Shown: piece after piece, positions 1 through 8,702 of the stretch
How positions within the stretch are numbered: the first letter of the stretch is position 1
Layout of the letters: each line of letters opens with the position of its first letter
Assembly (NCBI GenBank): GCA_964363225.1
Contig: CAYIIH010000006.1
Coordinates: 3,345 to 67,344 of the forward strand
From: an uncultured Verrucomicrobiota bacterium
GTDB lineage: Bacteria > Verrucomicrobiota > Verrucomicrobiia > Limisphaerales > CAYIIH01
Length of the DNA: 64,000 nucleotides
Reading direction: 5' to 3'
Position numbers and translations under genes: made by a program
The notes under the pieces: model-generated
The model's input: the letters and a program-made list of their open reading frames with translations, nothing else
The model's database searches: none
Told to the model about the DNA's origin: nothing

Positions 1-248
1 GTGGGGTGGTGTGGGCGAATGGCAGCAGCCTGGGTGGAAGTACCGATACCATCCAGATCTTCACTGCTGCGGAGGTGGCGTTTGACACGGAAGTGGGCAA
101 GACGTACCAGATTCAGGCTGTTTCGTCACTGAGCGACGGTTGGCAAAACCTGGGCAACCCGATCCCAGGCACGGGTGCCGCGATCAGCTACACGACCCCG
201 CTGCGGGAAAATGCACAACAGTTCTTCCGCGTTGTCCATACCCCGTAA
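1..248 (+). CDS. 3' end of a larger secreted/surface protein (partial, runs off left edge)
   Basis: The frame is open to position 1 and ends at TAA 246-248. The tail GKTYQIQAVSSLSDGWQNLGNPIPGTG...FFRVVHTP looks like the C-terminal beta-sandwich module of large PVC-type surface proteins. A strong terminator hairpin follows. Confidence 0.5.
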   Translation, partial: GVVWANGSSLGGSTDTIQIFTAAEVAFDTEVGKTYQIQAVSSLSDGWQNLGNPIPGTGAAISYTTPLRENAQQFFRVVHTP

Positions 249-292
249 CCGCACAGGTTTCTTGGGAGACTAATAGATTCAGTCCCGGCAAA

Positions 293-326
293 CCCCTCCG
301 CACTCGTGCGGAGGGGTTTCTGCTTT
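293..326 (+). terminator. Rho-independent terminator
   Basis: The stem is cccctccgca / tgcggagggg (10 bp) with a 4-nt loop. It is followed by tttctgcttt, about 45 nt after the stop of the upstream CDS. Confidence 0.7.
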
Positions 327-438
327 GATGAGTGAGTGAACCCGCCACGGCTGTTCATCGAAAAGTCATCCGAGTCGTCTCTTTTCCGGATCGGTGGGAC
401 GGCCGGCAACGCCTGTCAACCTTAAATCCTGAGTTTAA

Positions 439-543
439 CCGAGCTATGCCCAAGCGGGAGCCATCGTGACGCTGGTCTATCTGTTGGGCATGGCGCTGAT
501 CTGGCTCGCGCCGGAGACCAAAGGCAAGCCATTGCCGGATTAA
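439..543 (+). pseudogene. Possible C-terminal remnant of an MFS-type transporter
   Basis: A 34-codon open frame with no usable start reads PSYAQAGAIVTLVYLLGMALIWLAPETKGKPLPD*. A last TM helix plus an ETKGK tail is typical of MFS sugar transporters. Upstream in frame there are two stops. Confidence 0.3.
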
Positions 544-1505
544 TCAAAGGCGTGTCCGGCGCAGCAGAGCACGTTCTTGACCTTGTGCCGGACCAGTTCC
601 TTGACCTTGACTCGCGCCGGGCTCAGGTATTTGCGAGGGTCAAATTCCTTGGGCGACTCGAATAGGACCTTGCGGATGGCGGCCGTGAAGGCGAGGCGCA
701 GGTCGGTGTCGATATTGACCTTGGTGCAACCGCCGCGCCGCGCCACTTCGATATCGGCTTCGGGAACACCCGCGGTGTCCTCGCCCAGCTTGCCGCCGTA
801 TTTATTGATTTCCTGGACCAGCTCTTTGGGCACGCTGGAGGCGCCATGGAGAACCAGCGGATAATCGCCCATGCCGGCGTCGAGGAGAGCCTTTTTGATG
901 GCTTTGAGGCGGTTCAAATCCAGATGTTGCTGCCCTTTGAATTTGTAGGCGCCATGGGAATTGCCGATGGCGACCGCCAATGAATCCACGCCGGTGGCTT
1001 TGACAAACTGCACGGCTTCATCAGGATGCGTATAGACGCCGCCTTTAGAATAGCCGCCGCCCTCTTCACCATCGTCATGTTGGGCGCCCACGAGCATGCC
1101 TAATTCGCCTTCGACCACGCAGTTGTGTTTGTGGGCGTAATCGACGACCTTTTTGCACACCTCCGCGTTCTTCTCAAAAGGAAGGTGGCTGCCGTCGATC
1201 ATCACGCTGGTGAACCCCTCATCAATGCATTCTTTGCAGAGCTCGAAGGAATCGCCGTGGTCCAAATGGACGGCAATGGGAATATTGGAGAGGCTGACGG
1301 CCGCTTCGATCAGTTTTTTCAGATAGACCGGGTTGGCGTATTGGCGCGCGCCTTTGGAGATTTGCAGCATGACGGGCGCTTTTTCCTCTTCACAGGCTTC
1401 GACGATGGCCTGGAGCAGTTCCATGTTATTGACGTTGAAAGCGCCGAGGGCGTATTTGCCTTTGAGGGCTTTGGCAAAGAGTTCTTTGGTATGTGTCAGT
1501 GGCAT
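540..1505 (-). CDS. fba: Class II fructose-1,6-bisphosphate aldolase
   Basis: 321 aa. The N-terminus KYALGAFNVNNMELLQAIVEA, the HLDHG metal site and the overall length match class II FBA/tagatose-bisphosphate aldolase. Confidence 0.93.
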   Translation of the reverse strand: MPLTHTKELFAKALKGKYALGAFNVNNMELLQAIVEACEEEKAPVMLQISKGARQYANPVYLKKLIEAAVSLSNIPIAVHLDHGDSFELCKECIDEGFTSVMIDGSHLPFEKNAEVCKKVVDYAHKHNCVVEGELGMLVGAQHDDGEEGGGYSKGGVYTHPDEAVQFVKATGVDSLAVAIGNSHGAYKFKGQQHLDLNRLKAIKKALLDAGMGDYPLVLHGASSVPKELVQEINKYGGKLGEDTAGVPEADIEVARRGGCTKVNIDTDLRLAFTAAIRKVLFESPKEFDPRKYLSPARVKVKELVRHKVKNVLCCAGHAFD

Positions 1506-1632
1506 AAATTCAATTTCGATACTGAATCAACTGTCTTGACTGTCGCTGCAAAGCGATTGGCCGGACATCCTAGAAACCCGCCTGCGAAATGGAAACAAAA
1601 AACGGGCGGTGGAGTAATGGGCCGATAAACCC

Positions 1633-3114
1633 TTAGCCTTCTTCCACTTCGGAAAGCTTCCGATACAAGGTTGCCAGACTGATACCCAGCAACTGGGCCG
1701 CTTTGTCCTTGTCACCGCCCGTGAAGGAGAGGGCGCGGTTCAAATAGCCCAATTCCTGGTCTCTGAGGTAAGACTTGAGCGGTCCCAACTGTTGCGGGGA
1801 CGCCGGTTCCGAATTGAGCCGGACGGTTTGGGCCTCGGTAAAGGTGAGCGGGTAGAGGGCGTCCGACAGCACGACCAGCGAGCTGGGCGGACTGCCATCT
1901 CGTGTTTCCAGCACTGTCTCACCCGACTCGCGACTCGCGTACCGAAGCAGAGCGGGGGGGAGATCGGTCACTTGGAGGATGTTATCCTCACACAAGGCGC
2001 AAGCCCGTTCGATGGCGTTTTCGAGTTCCCGCACATTGCCCGGCCAATTGTGGGCACAGAGCACTTCGACCGATTGCCGGGTCATCTGGTAGGGCTTGCC
2101 GTTGCGCGGATGAACTTTGTCCCTCAGAAAATGGGAGATGAGCAAGGGAATATCATCCGTCCGCTCGCGCAGCGGCGGCAAGGGAATGGGGATGACATTG
2201 AGCCGGTAGTAAAGGTCCTCGCGGAAGGTGCCTTGTTTCAGTCTCTCTTCGAGCGGTTCGTTGGTGGCGGCCAACACGCGGACATTGACATAGACCGGCA
2301 TATTGTCGCCCACGCGGCGCACTTCCTTTTCCTGCAGAACGCGCAGCAAACGGCTTTGCAGCATGGGTGACATGGAGCCGACTTCATCCAGAAAGATGCT
2401 CCCGCCATCGGCTTCCTGAAAGAGGCCCTTTTTATCGTTGATGGCCCCGGTAAAGGCGCCCTTGCGATGGCCGAACAATTCCGATTCGAGGAGGTTCTCG
2501 GGCAAGGCGCTGCAATTGACCGGGACAAAGGGCGCGAATTGCCGGCGGCTGTTATAATGCAACGCTTTGGCCACCAGTTCCTTGCCGGTGCCGCTTTCGC
2601 CCAGGATCAGGATGGTGCTGTCCGTATCGGCCACACGCTCGATCATCTTGAACACCGCCTGCATCTTAAGCGAGGTGCCGATGATCTGGTTGAATTGGTA
2701 CCTCTTTTTGAGCTGTTTGCGCAGGTAAACGTTTTCCGAAACGGCTTCGTTGTAGGAGAGGGCCCGCTGCATGCACAGCTTGAGTTCGTCGAGCTTGAAC
2801 GGCTTTTCCAGGTAATCGTAAGCCCCTCTTTTCATCGCCTCCACAGCGGTTTCGATGGAGCCGAACCCGGTGATCATGATGACGACAGCAGGGGGGCTGA
2901 GCGAACGGGCTTTGTGTAGAATGTCCAGTCCGTAAGCGCGGGTCTTGTCCAGATAAAGGTCGGTGATGACCAATTCGGGGGAGACGGTTTCCAGCGCTTC
3001 CATGGCGGCGTTGCCGTTGGTAAAAGGAAAGACCTCATGCCCTTCGGCCCGCAACAGCTCGGTCACCATCTGGACCATCGTTATTTCGTCATCTACCAAA
3101 AGGACTTTGGCCAT
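1633..3114 (-). CDS. Sigma-54-dependent response regulator (NtrC/PilR family)
   Basis: 493 aa. It has a receiver domain (LLVDDE...TDL), an AAA+ sigma54-interaction domain ([14 protein letters not shown]) and a C-terminal Fis-type HTH (AAQLLGISLATLYRKL). Confidence 0.92.
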   Translation of the reverse strand: MAKVLLVDDEITMVQMVTELLRAEGHEVFPFTNGNAAMEALETVSPELVITDLYLDKTRAYGLDILHKARSLSPPAVVIMITGFGSIETAVEAMKRGAYDYLEKPFKLDELKLCMQRALSYNEAVSENVYLRKQLKKRYQFNQIIGTSLKMQAVFKMIERVADTDSTILILGESGTGKELVAKALHYNSRRQFAPFVPVNCSALPENLLESELFGHRKGAFTGAINDKKGLFQEADGGSIFLDEVGSMSPMLQSRLLRVLQEKEVRRVGDNMPVYVNVRVLAATNEPLEERLKQGTFREDLYYRLNVIPIPLPPLRERTDDIPLLISHFLRDKVHPRNGKPYQMTRQSVEVLCAHNWPGNVRELENAIERACALCEDNILQVTDLPPALLRYASRESGETVLETRDGSPPSSLVVLSDALYPLTFTEAQTVRLNSEPASPQQLGPLKSYLRDQELGYLNRALSFTGGDKDKAAQLLGISLATLYRKLSEVEEG

Positions 3115-3194
3115 GAGGAGAGGCTACATTGAACGTTCGTGTGGAGCAAGACGCCATTCTACGGCCCGGCGGGCGACCAGCAGCTTGCGATCAT

Positions 3195-4409
3195 TTATTT
3201 TCCGGGCGGATTGATGATCTCACTCATCTTGAAGATGGGCAAGAACATGCAAATGACGATGCCGCCAACCACCACGCCCAAAAACACGATCAAAAGCGGT
3301 TCGATCAAGGATGTCAGCCCGGAAAGTGTGGTGTCAATCTCCTCATCCAAGAAATCCGCCACGCGTTCGAGCATGGAATCGATTTTGCCGGTTTGTTCTC
3401 CCGCCGTCATCATGCGGATGATCATGGTCGGAAACACCGGATGCTTGCCCAAGGCCGTGGAAATGCCGTCGCCCCGCTCGATGTCGCTGGAAGCAGCGCG
3501 GATGGCTTTTTCCATGACGACATTGCCGCAGGTGTTGGCCACAATGTTGAGCACCTCGAGGATCGGCACGCCGCTGCGGATCAATGAGGCCAGCGTCCGG
3601 GTGAACCGCGCCAGGCAGATCTTGTGCGCGATAATGCCAAAGATCGGCAATTTGATGCGGGTCCGGTCCCAGAATTCGCGGCCTTGTTTGGTTTTAACGT
3701 AAGCAAACCAGCCGTAAACCGCCCCGCCCATTACGGGCAAGATGTAAAGCAGATACTTTTGCAGGAATTCGCTGACGTTGATCAGATACTGAGTGGGCGT
3801 GGGCAATTTGGCGCCAAACCCGCTAAAAATCTCGCCGAACACGGGCACAACCTTGACCAGGAGGAAAATGGTGATGCTGATGGCGACAAACGTGACGGCC
3901 GTCGGATACATCATGGCTGATTTGACCTTCTTGCGCAGCCGGGCCGTGTTCTCCAGGTAAGTCGCCAGCCGGGACAGGATTTCCGCGAGCAAACCGCCCT
4001 TCTCGCCGGCGTCCACCATGCAAACATAAAGCTTGTTAAAGACTTTCGGATGTTTGAACAGCGCCTGCGAGAAATTGTCGCCGCCTTCGACGCGGGTGCA
4101 GACATCGCGAATGACGTCGCGCATCACTTTATTAGTCGTTTGCTCCGCCAGGGCTTGCAGAGATTGCACCATGGCCAGACCAGCGTCGATCATGGTCGCC
4201 AGTTGCCGGGTAAAAACCACCAGGTCGGCCAGCGGCACGCTGCCGCCGGCGGCTTTGCCCTTCTTGCCGGCTTTTTCCTGGATGGAAACCACCAGCAAAT
4301 TACGGTTCAAGAGCGCCGCAATGGCGGCCGGTTCAGTGGCCGCATCCACGGAACTGCGAATTTCGCGTCCGGTGCCGGCTTCCCGCGCTAAGTACGTATA
4401 GGACGGCAT
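3195..4409 (-). CDS. pilC: Type IV pilus assembly / type II secretion platform protein (GspF/PilC family)
   Basis: 404 aa with two T2SS-F repeats, three TM segments and the family-typical C-terminus FLPIFKM. Confidence 0.9.
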   Translation of the reverse strand: MPSYTYLAREAGTGREIRSSVDAATEPAAIAALLNRNLLVVSIQEKAGKKGKAAGGSVPLADLVVFTRQLATMIDAGLAMVQSLQALAEQTTNKVMRDVIRDVCTRVEGGDNFSQALFKHPKVFNKLYVCMVDAGEKGGLLAEILSRLATYLENTARLRKKVKSAMMYPTAVTFVAISITIFLLVKVVPVFGEIFSGFGAKLPTPTQYLINVSEFLQKYLLYILPVMGGAVYGWFAYVKTKQGREFWDRTRIKLPIFGIIAHKICLARFTRTLASLIRSGVPILEVLNIVANTCGNVVMEKAIRAASSDIERGDGISTALGKHPVFPTMIIRMMTAGEQTGKIDSMLERVADFLDEEIDTTLSGLTSLIEPLLIVFLGVVVGGIVICMFLPIFKMSEIINPPGK

Positions 4410-4549
4410 ACCGTCAGATTGCTACCATCTTTGGCGACGTTTGCAAGCCCAACCTCTCTTGCCACTCAAGACGCACCGTTTGCCTTGACGCCCGCCGTGG
4501 CGATTTCTAGGGTGCCACGGTCAAATTAAAATCAAACCTGTTATTGCTT

Positions 4550-5887
4550 ATGCGCCAGTTCTTGTCAGCCCTGCTCTTCAGTTTCAGCCTTCTCCTCCCC
4601 GGCGCTGCGGTGCTGGGCGCCTCGGACCCACCGCCCGATTTTGCGCCGCCGCCGGATGAACAACAGCTTCCACGAGCCATGCATTCCAAAATGAAAGAGC
4701 GTCCTTCGATCACCGTAGGGCAGCGGGACGCCGCCATTATCGGAACCGACCACCGCGCGCTGCAGGCTGCGGTCGATTATATCGCCGCTCTCGGCGGCGG
4801 CACCGTGGAAATCGGCCCCGGCGAATTTCTGATGCGTGACTCGTTGCATCTCCGTTCTTTCGTCACGGTGCGCGGGCAGAAAGGCAAAACCATTTTGCGC
4901 AAGGCCAAGGCTGCCTCCTCGCCGCTGGCGCTCGATGGGGATTTCGGCGAGGAACAGGTGACGGTCATTGACCCCGCCGGTTTTGCCGTGGGCGATGGCG
5001 TGGCGATATGGGACGCCAATTCCGGCGGGTTTCATACCACCGTCGCCCGCATCACCGGCAAGAACGGCAATACCTTTTCCATCGACAAACCGCTGAACGC
5101 GGATTGCATGGTTAACAACAAGGCCAGGGCCGCCACTGTTTTCCCGGTCGTCAGCGGCTACAACCTTGAAGGGGCGCGCGTGGAGAATCTTATCATCGAC
5201 GGCAACAAGAATGAAAATGTGCATTTGAATGGCTGCCGGGGCGGAGGCATCTTCCTGTATCGGGGCTTTGGCACGGTCATGCAGAATTGCGAGGTGCGGC
5301 ATTTCAACGGCGACGGCATCAGCTTCCAGCAATCGAACGATGTGACGCTGATCGGTTGCCTCAGCGAAGACAACGCCTCGCTGGGGCTGCATCCGGGCAG
5401 CGGCTCGCAACGCCCGGTCGTCCGCGACTGCATTGCCCGCCGGAATGGGGAGGATGGGCTTTTTCTGTGCTGGCGCGTGCGGCACGGCTTGTTTGAGAAC
5501 AACCTTTTGGAAAATAATGGCCGGTTTGGCATTTCCATCGGGCACAAGGACAGCGACAATCTGGTCCGCAATAATCAGGTCCGTTCCAATCAGGAGGACG
5601 GCGTCTTTTTCCGAAATGAAACCGCCGGCATGGCCGGGCATCGCAATCGGCTGGAGAATAATCTCATCGAGAATAACGGGATGAAGAATGACGCCGCGGG
5701 CATACGCATCCGGGGCGAAACCAAGAGTCTCGTCATCAAGAGCAACCTCATTCGCGATACCCGTCCGCTCTCGGGACAAAAACAAACCGTCGGCATCCGT
5801 ATTGAGGAGCAAGTTGGCGAGGTGGCGCTGGAGGGCAACACAATTGAGAGCAAGAAAGCCGTCGAAGACCGCCGGCCGGCGCGGTGA
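4550..5887 (+). CDS. Secreted right-handed parallel beta-helix repeat protein (pectate-lyase/NosD-like fold)
   Basis: Signal peptide MRQFLSALLFSFSLLLPGAAVLGA. Repeated ~22-aa units (NNLxENNGxxGI, RNNQVRSN, ENNLIENNG) are typical of PbH1 beta-helix repeats. ATG at 4550 is preferred over TTG at 4544. Confidence 0.75.
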   Translation: MRQFLSALLFSFSLLLPGAAVLGASDPPPDFAPPPDEQQLPRAMHSKMKERPSITVGQRDAAIIGTDHRALQAAVDYIAALGGGTVEIGPGEFLMRDSLHLRSFVTVRGQKGKTILRKAKAASSPLALDGDFGEEQVTVIDPAGFAVGDGVAIWDANSGGFHTTVARITGKNGNTFSIDKPLNADCMVNNKARAATVFPVVSGYNLEGARVENLIIDGNKNENVHLNGCRGGGIFLYRGFGTVMQNCEVRHFNGDGISFQQSNDVTLIGCLSEDNASLGLHPGSGSQRPVVRDCIARRNGEDGLFLCWRVRHGLFENNLLENNGRFGISIGHKDSDNLVRNNQVRSNQEDGVFFRNETAGMAGHRNRLENNLIENNGMKNDAAGIRIRGETKSLVIKSNLIRDTRPLSGQKQTVGIRIEEQVGEVALEGNTIESKKAVEDRRPAR

Positions 5888-6029
5888 ACCTGAAGCGGCG
5901 GATACTCGGAGAGAGAAACCCCGATTCGTTAACGAGCCGTGAGCTTGTGCACTGGGAGAGGACTACTGATTGCACATTCCTCAAGTCTCGCCCTCATTCG
6001 TCTCTATGCAGCAAGGGTAGCGGGAAAGA

Positions 6030-6305
6030 AACCGGAGAGACGCGATGGACGCAGCGCGGCAAAGCCGCAACCCGAGGAGCGGCGACATTCTTGCCGGCTT
6101 GGGCGCCGGCGTGCGATTCGGGCCGACAAGAATGTCGGCGCTCCTGCGCCAATCCCGAAAATCCTCGCGGCGCGCGAGGATTCGTACAGATTGCAGTGCA
6201 GAGAAGATTGAGTTTCGAGTCGGTCGGAAACCATTCAGCCTTCAGTGACCGAATCTGATTTGGTCTTTCTTCATTCTTCTCAGCGTCCATCGCGTCTCTG
6301 CGGTT
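6030..6305. repeat. REP/MITE-like nested palindromic element in a 600-bp non-coding gap
   Basis: A 17-bp perfect terminal inverted repeat agagacgcgatggacgc (6036-6052) pairs with gcgtccatcgcgtctct (6283-6299), extendable to 22/23 positions. It encloses a 24-bp imperfect IR (6074-6097 / 6123-6146, 21/24) and a perfect 9-bp hairpin (6161-6181). Confidence 0.5.
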
Positions 6306-6487
6306 CAATGGGCCGCGCTCGAACTGCATAGTCATGGCTTATCGGCAGGGCAATTGGAGCGCCTTCGGGCGAAATGCGCGACAAGGTGCCTGCCTGTGCC
6401 GACACGGCAGACAGGGAACGTGTCCCTCCCTTCATTTAGCATTTCAGGCTTGGCGGAAGCGGAGCGGGACCTGTAAATTCACCGGCC

Positions 6488-7873
6488 ATGCGCCCAAACA
6501 TGAATTCAAGAGCGGTTTTCCGCACAACTTTACTGGGCTTGGCCAGCCTGCTGGCCATTGGCCGGCCCAGCCAGGCTGACGATTGGCCCCAGTGGCTCGG
6601 CCCGCAACGCGATGGGGTCTGGCGGGAGACGGGCCTTCTGGAAGAGTTTCCAGCGGGCGGGCCGGTGGTGCGCTGGCGAACCTCCATCGGCGCGGGGTAC
6701 ACCGGTCCGGCGGTGGCCAAGGGCCGCGTCTATGTCACCGACCGCCGGCTTTCCGAAGGCGCGCGCAACCCAGGCAATCCCTTTGATCGCGGCGTTATCC
6801 CGGGCACGGAGCGGGTGCTCTGCCTGGATGAAGCCAGCGGCAAGATTCTTTGGCAGCACGAGTACGATTGCCGTTATAGCGTGAGTTATCCCGCCGGACC
6901 CCGCGCGACGCCGGTGGTTCAGGGCGGCAAAGTCTATACCCTCGGCGCGGAAGGGGATCTGATTTGCCTCGATGCTGTTGCCGGCAAGGTCCTGTGGTCG
7001 CGCCAGTTCAAGAAGGATTACGGTATTCCGACGCCGGTGTGGGGTTTTGCCGCTCACCCCTTGCTCGAGGGCAACAAGCTCATCTGCCTGGCGGGAGGCC
7101 AGGGCAGCACGGTGGTGGCCTTCGATAAAGACACTGGCAAGGAACTCTGGCGGGCGCTGTCGGCCAAAGAGCCGGGCTATTGTCCGCCCATGATTTATGA
7201 GGCGGGCGGCAAACGGCAATTGATCGTCTGGCATCCGGAATCGATCAATTCGTTGGACCCGGAAACCGGCCAGGTTTATTGGACGGAGCCGTTCAATGTC
7301 AGATCGGGCCTCACCATCCCGACCCCGCGCCAGCTCAACTCGAATCTTTTTCTGACCACGTTTTACAACGGATCCATGATGCTCCGGCTCGACGCGGAAA
7401 AGCCGGCGGCGACGGTCATCTGGCAGAGCAAGAAATCGAGTGAGAAGGACACGGACGAGTTGCACAGCATCATGTGCACGCCGTTTCTAGAAGACGGTTT
7501 CATCTATGGCGTGTGCAGCTACGGCCAATTGCGCTGCTTGAAGGCGGAGACGGGGGAGCGCGTGTGGGAGACTTTGGCCGCCACGACCGGCGATGGCAAG
7601 GAGACGCGCTGGGCCAATGCGTTCCTGATCAAGAACGGCCGCCGTTTCTTCCTCTTCAACGAAAAGGGCGATTTGATCCTCGCCAAGCTCACGCCCGCAG
7701 GGTACCGGGAAATCAGCCGCGCCCATCTGCTGGAGCCGACCAACAGTGATCCGGGCCGCGCGGTGGTCTGGTCGCATCCGGCCTTTGCCAACGGCTCTCT
7801 CTACGCCCGAAATGATAAGGAAATAATCTGTGTTTCGCTGAAGGCGGCAGGCGAGCAAGCGGTTTCCCGGTGA
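6488..7873 (+). CDS. PQQ-like beta-propeller repeat protein, secreted
   Basis: 461 aa with a signal peptide. The DDWPQWLGPQRDG motif and repeated G.VY..... G.L.ClDA.TGK.LW blades are typical of BamB/PQQ-like propellers. Confidence 0.85.
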   Translation: MRPNMNSRAVFRTTLLGLASLLAIGRPSQADDWPQWLGPQRDGVWRETGLLEEFPAGGPVVRWRTSIGAGYTGPAVAKGRVYVTDRRLSEGARNPGNPFDRGVIPGTERVLCLDEASGKILWQHEYDCRYSVSYPAGPRATPVVQGGKVYTLGAEGDLICLDAVAGKVLWSRQFKKDYGIPTPVWGFAAHPLLEGNKLICLAGGQGSTVVAFDKDTGKELWRALSAKEPGYCPPMIYEAGGKRQLIVWHPESINSLDPETGQVYWTEPFNVRSGLTIPTPRQLNSNLFLTTFYNGSMMLRLDAEKPAATVIWQSKKSSEKDTDELHSIMCTPFLEDGFIYGVCSYGQLRCLKAETGERVWETLAATTGDGKETRWANAFLIKNGRRFFLFNEKGDLILAKLTPAGYREISRAHLLEPTNSDPGRAVVWSHPAFANGSLYARNDKEIICVSLKAAGEQAVSR

Positions 7874-8185
7874 ACCTCCACTGATAACGCCCCTGTGGCT
7901 CCTGGCCATGACGCCTCAGCCAATCGGCCGGCGGATTCTCCCTACGTTCGGTGCTCTGGAAAGAGAAGTAATGGGAAAGATGGCTGAATTAGGGGTAGCG
8001 TCCTGATTTGGCGGCCGGATTGCGCCTAAACTATGCACGATCACAAGAACATTGGGGACCGCGAACTCCTCCGAGCCGACTTGCTCTGAAATCACAGCGC
8101 GCCGTCCTACCCCGTCGCCAACTTGACCTTGTCGGGCTGTGGCTAGACAAAGCGTTCAAAGGCGAGCTGTCATGCACCTGTCAAC

Positions 8186-8205
8186 GTTTGTTTGTTTGTT
8201 TGTTT
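8186..8205. repeat. Tetranucleotide microsatellite (GTTT)x5
   Basis: Direct reading gives gtttgtttgtttgtttgttt, 40 nt upstream of the hicB start. Confidence 0.95.
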
Positions 8206-8244
8206 CAACCTTGATTTTTGTGCGCATTCCGTTAGCTTTTCGTT

Positions 8245-8484
8245 GTGGACGAGCTTCGTGAATATCAAAAGGCCGCGCTTAAGCGTGCGCTGGTCAAGTA
8301 CTTGGGGGCTGGCGAAGGTTATTCCGCCAAAATCCCGGGCTTCGCTGGCTTGATTGTCTTCGCTGACTCAAAACGCGAGGCCCTGGCTGAACTTGAAAGT
8401 GCGTTGTCGGGGTGGATTGAGCTTTCCCTGAAACGGGGCCACGGCTTGCCAGCGCTGCATGGCGAGTTGGCCGAGGCCCGCTAG
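8245..8484 (+). CDS. hicB: HicB-family antitoxin (short UPF0150-type)
   Basis: 79 aa with a GTG start. The core GYSAKIPGFAGLIVFADSKREALAELESALSGWIELSLKRGHGLP matches the short HicB/UPF0150 fold pattern (Y.A.IP...G....G.T.eEA...l.ea...wie). Confidence 0.7.
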   Translation: MDELREYQKAALKRALVKYLGAGEGYSAKIPGFAGLIVFADSKREALAELESALSGWIELSLKRGHGLPALHGELAEAR

Positions 8485-8702
8485 TCCGCGACGTTCCATT
8501 CTTCCGGACTGACTCCAATCTCCCGCAGTATTTCCCGCAACTTCGCCACGCTTATTTCCCCTCCGCCGTGCGGATTCGGTATGGGGAGTTTTTGCGTGCC
8601 TTTGACCATGAATTCATGTTTGCCGCCGGGCAGTGGGCCTTGCCAGCCCAAGCGTCGTAATTGCTTGATGAAATCTCTTCGGCTGATGGGCGGAAGCCGC
8701 AT
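8481..8702 (-). CDS. hicA: HicA-family mRNA interferase toxin (YcfA-like)
   Basis: 73 aa. PPISRRDFIKQLRRLGW...GGKHEFMVKG...LPIPNPHGGGEISVAKLREILREIGVSPEEW fits the HicA/COG1724 pattern, including the catalytic His context. Confidence 0.82.
   Translation of the reverse strand: MRLPPISRRDFIKQLRRLGWQGPLPGGKHEFMVKGTQKLPIPNPHGGGEISVAKLREILREIGVSPEEWNVAD

Noticed and set aside
4426-4450. Sigma54-like sequence TGGCGACGTTTGCA upstream of the beta-helix gene, and TGGCAC on the minus strand upstream of pilC
   Set aside because: The GG-to-GC spacing is 2 nt too short in the first. The second has no TTGC-like -12 element at the right distance.
4565-5812. Long antisense ORFs opposite clear genes: 4565..5812, 6530..7465, 11643..13175, 22066..23655, 23672..24808, 27716..28663, 45568..46767, 46828..47925
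   Set aside because: They are Arg/Gly/His/Ala-rich low-complexity translations with no recognisable motifs. Each exactly shadows a gene that has strong family signatures on the other strand. This is typical GC-rich frame artefact.
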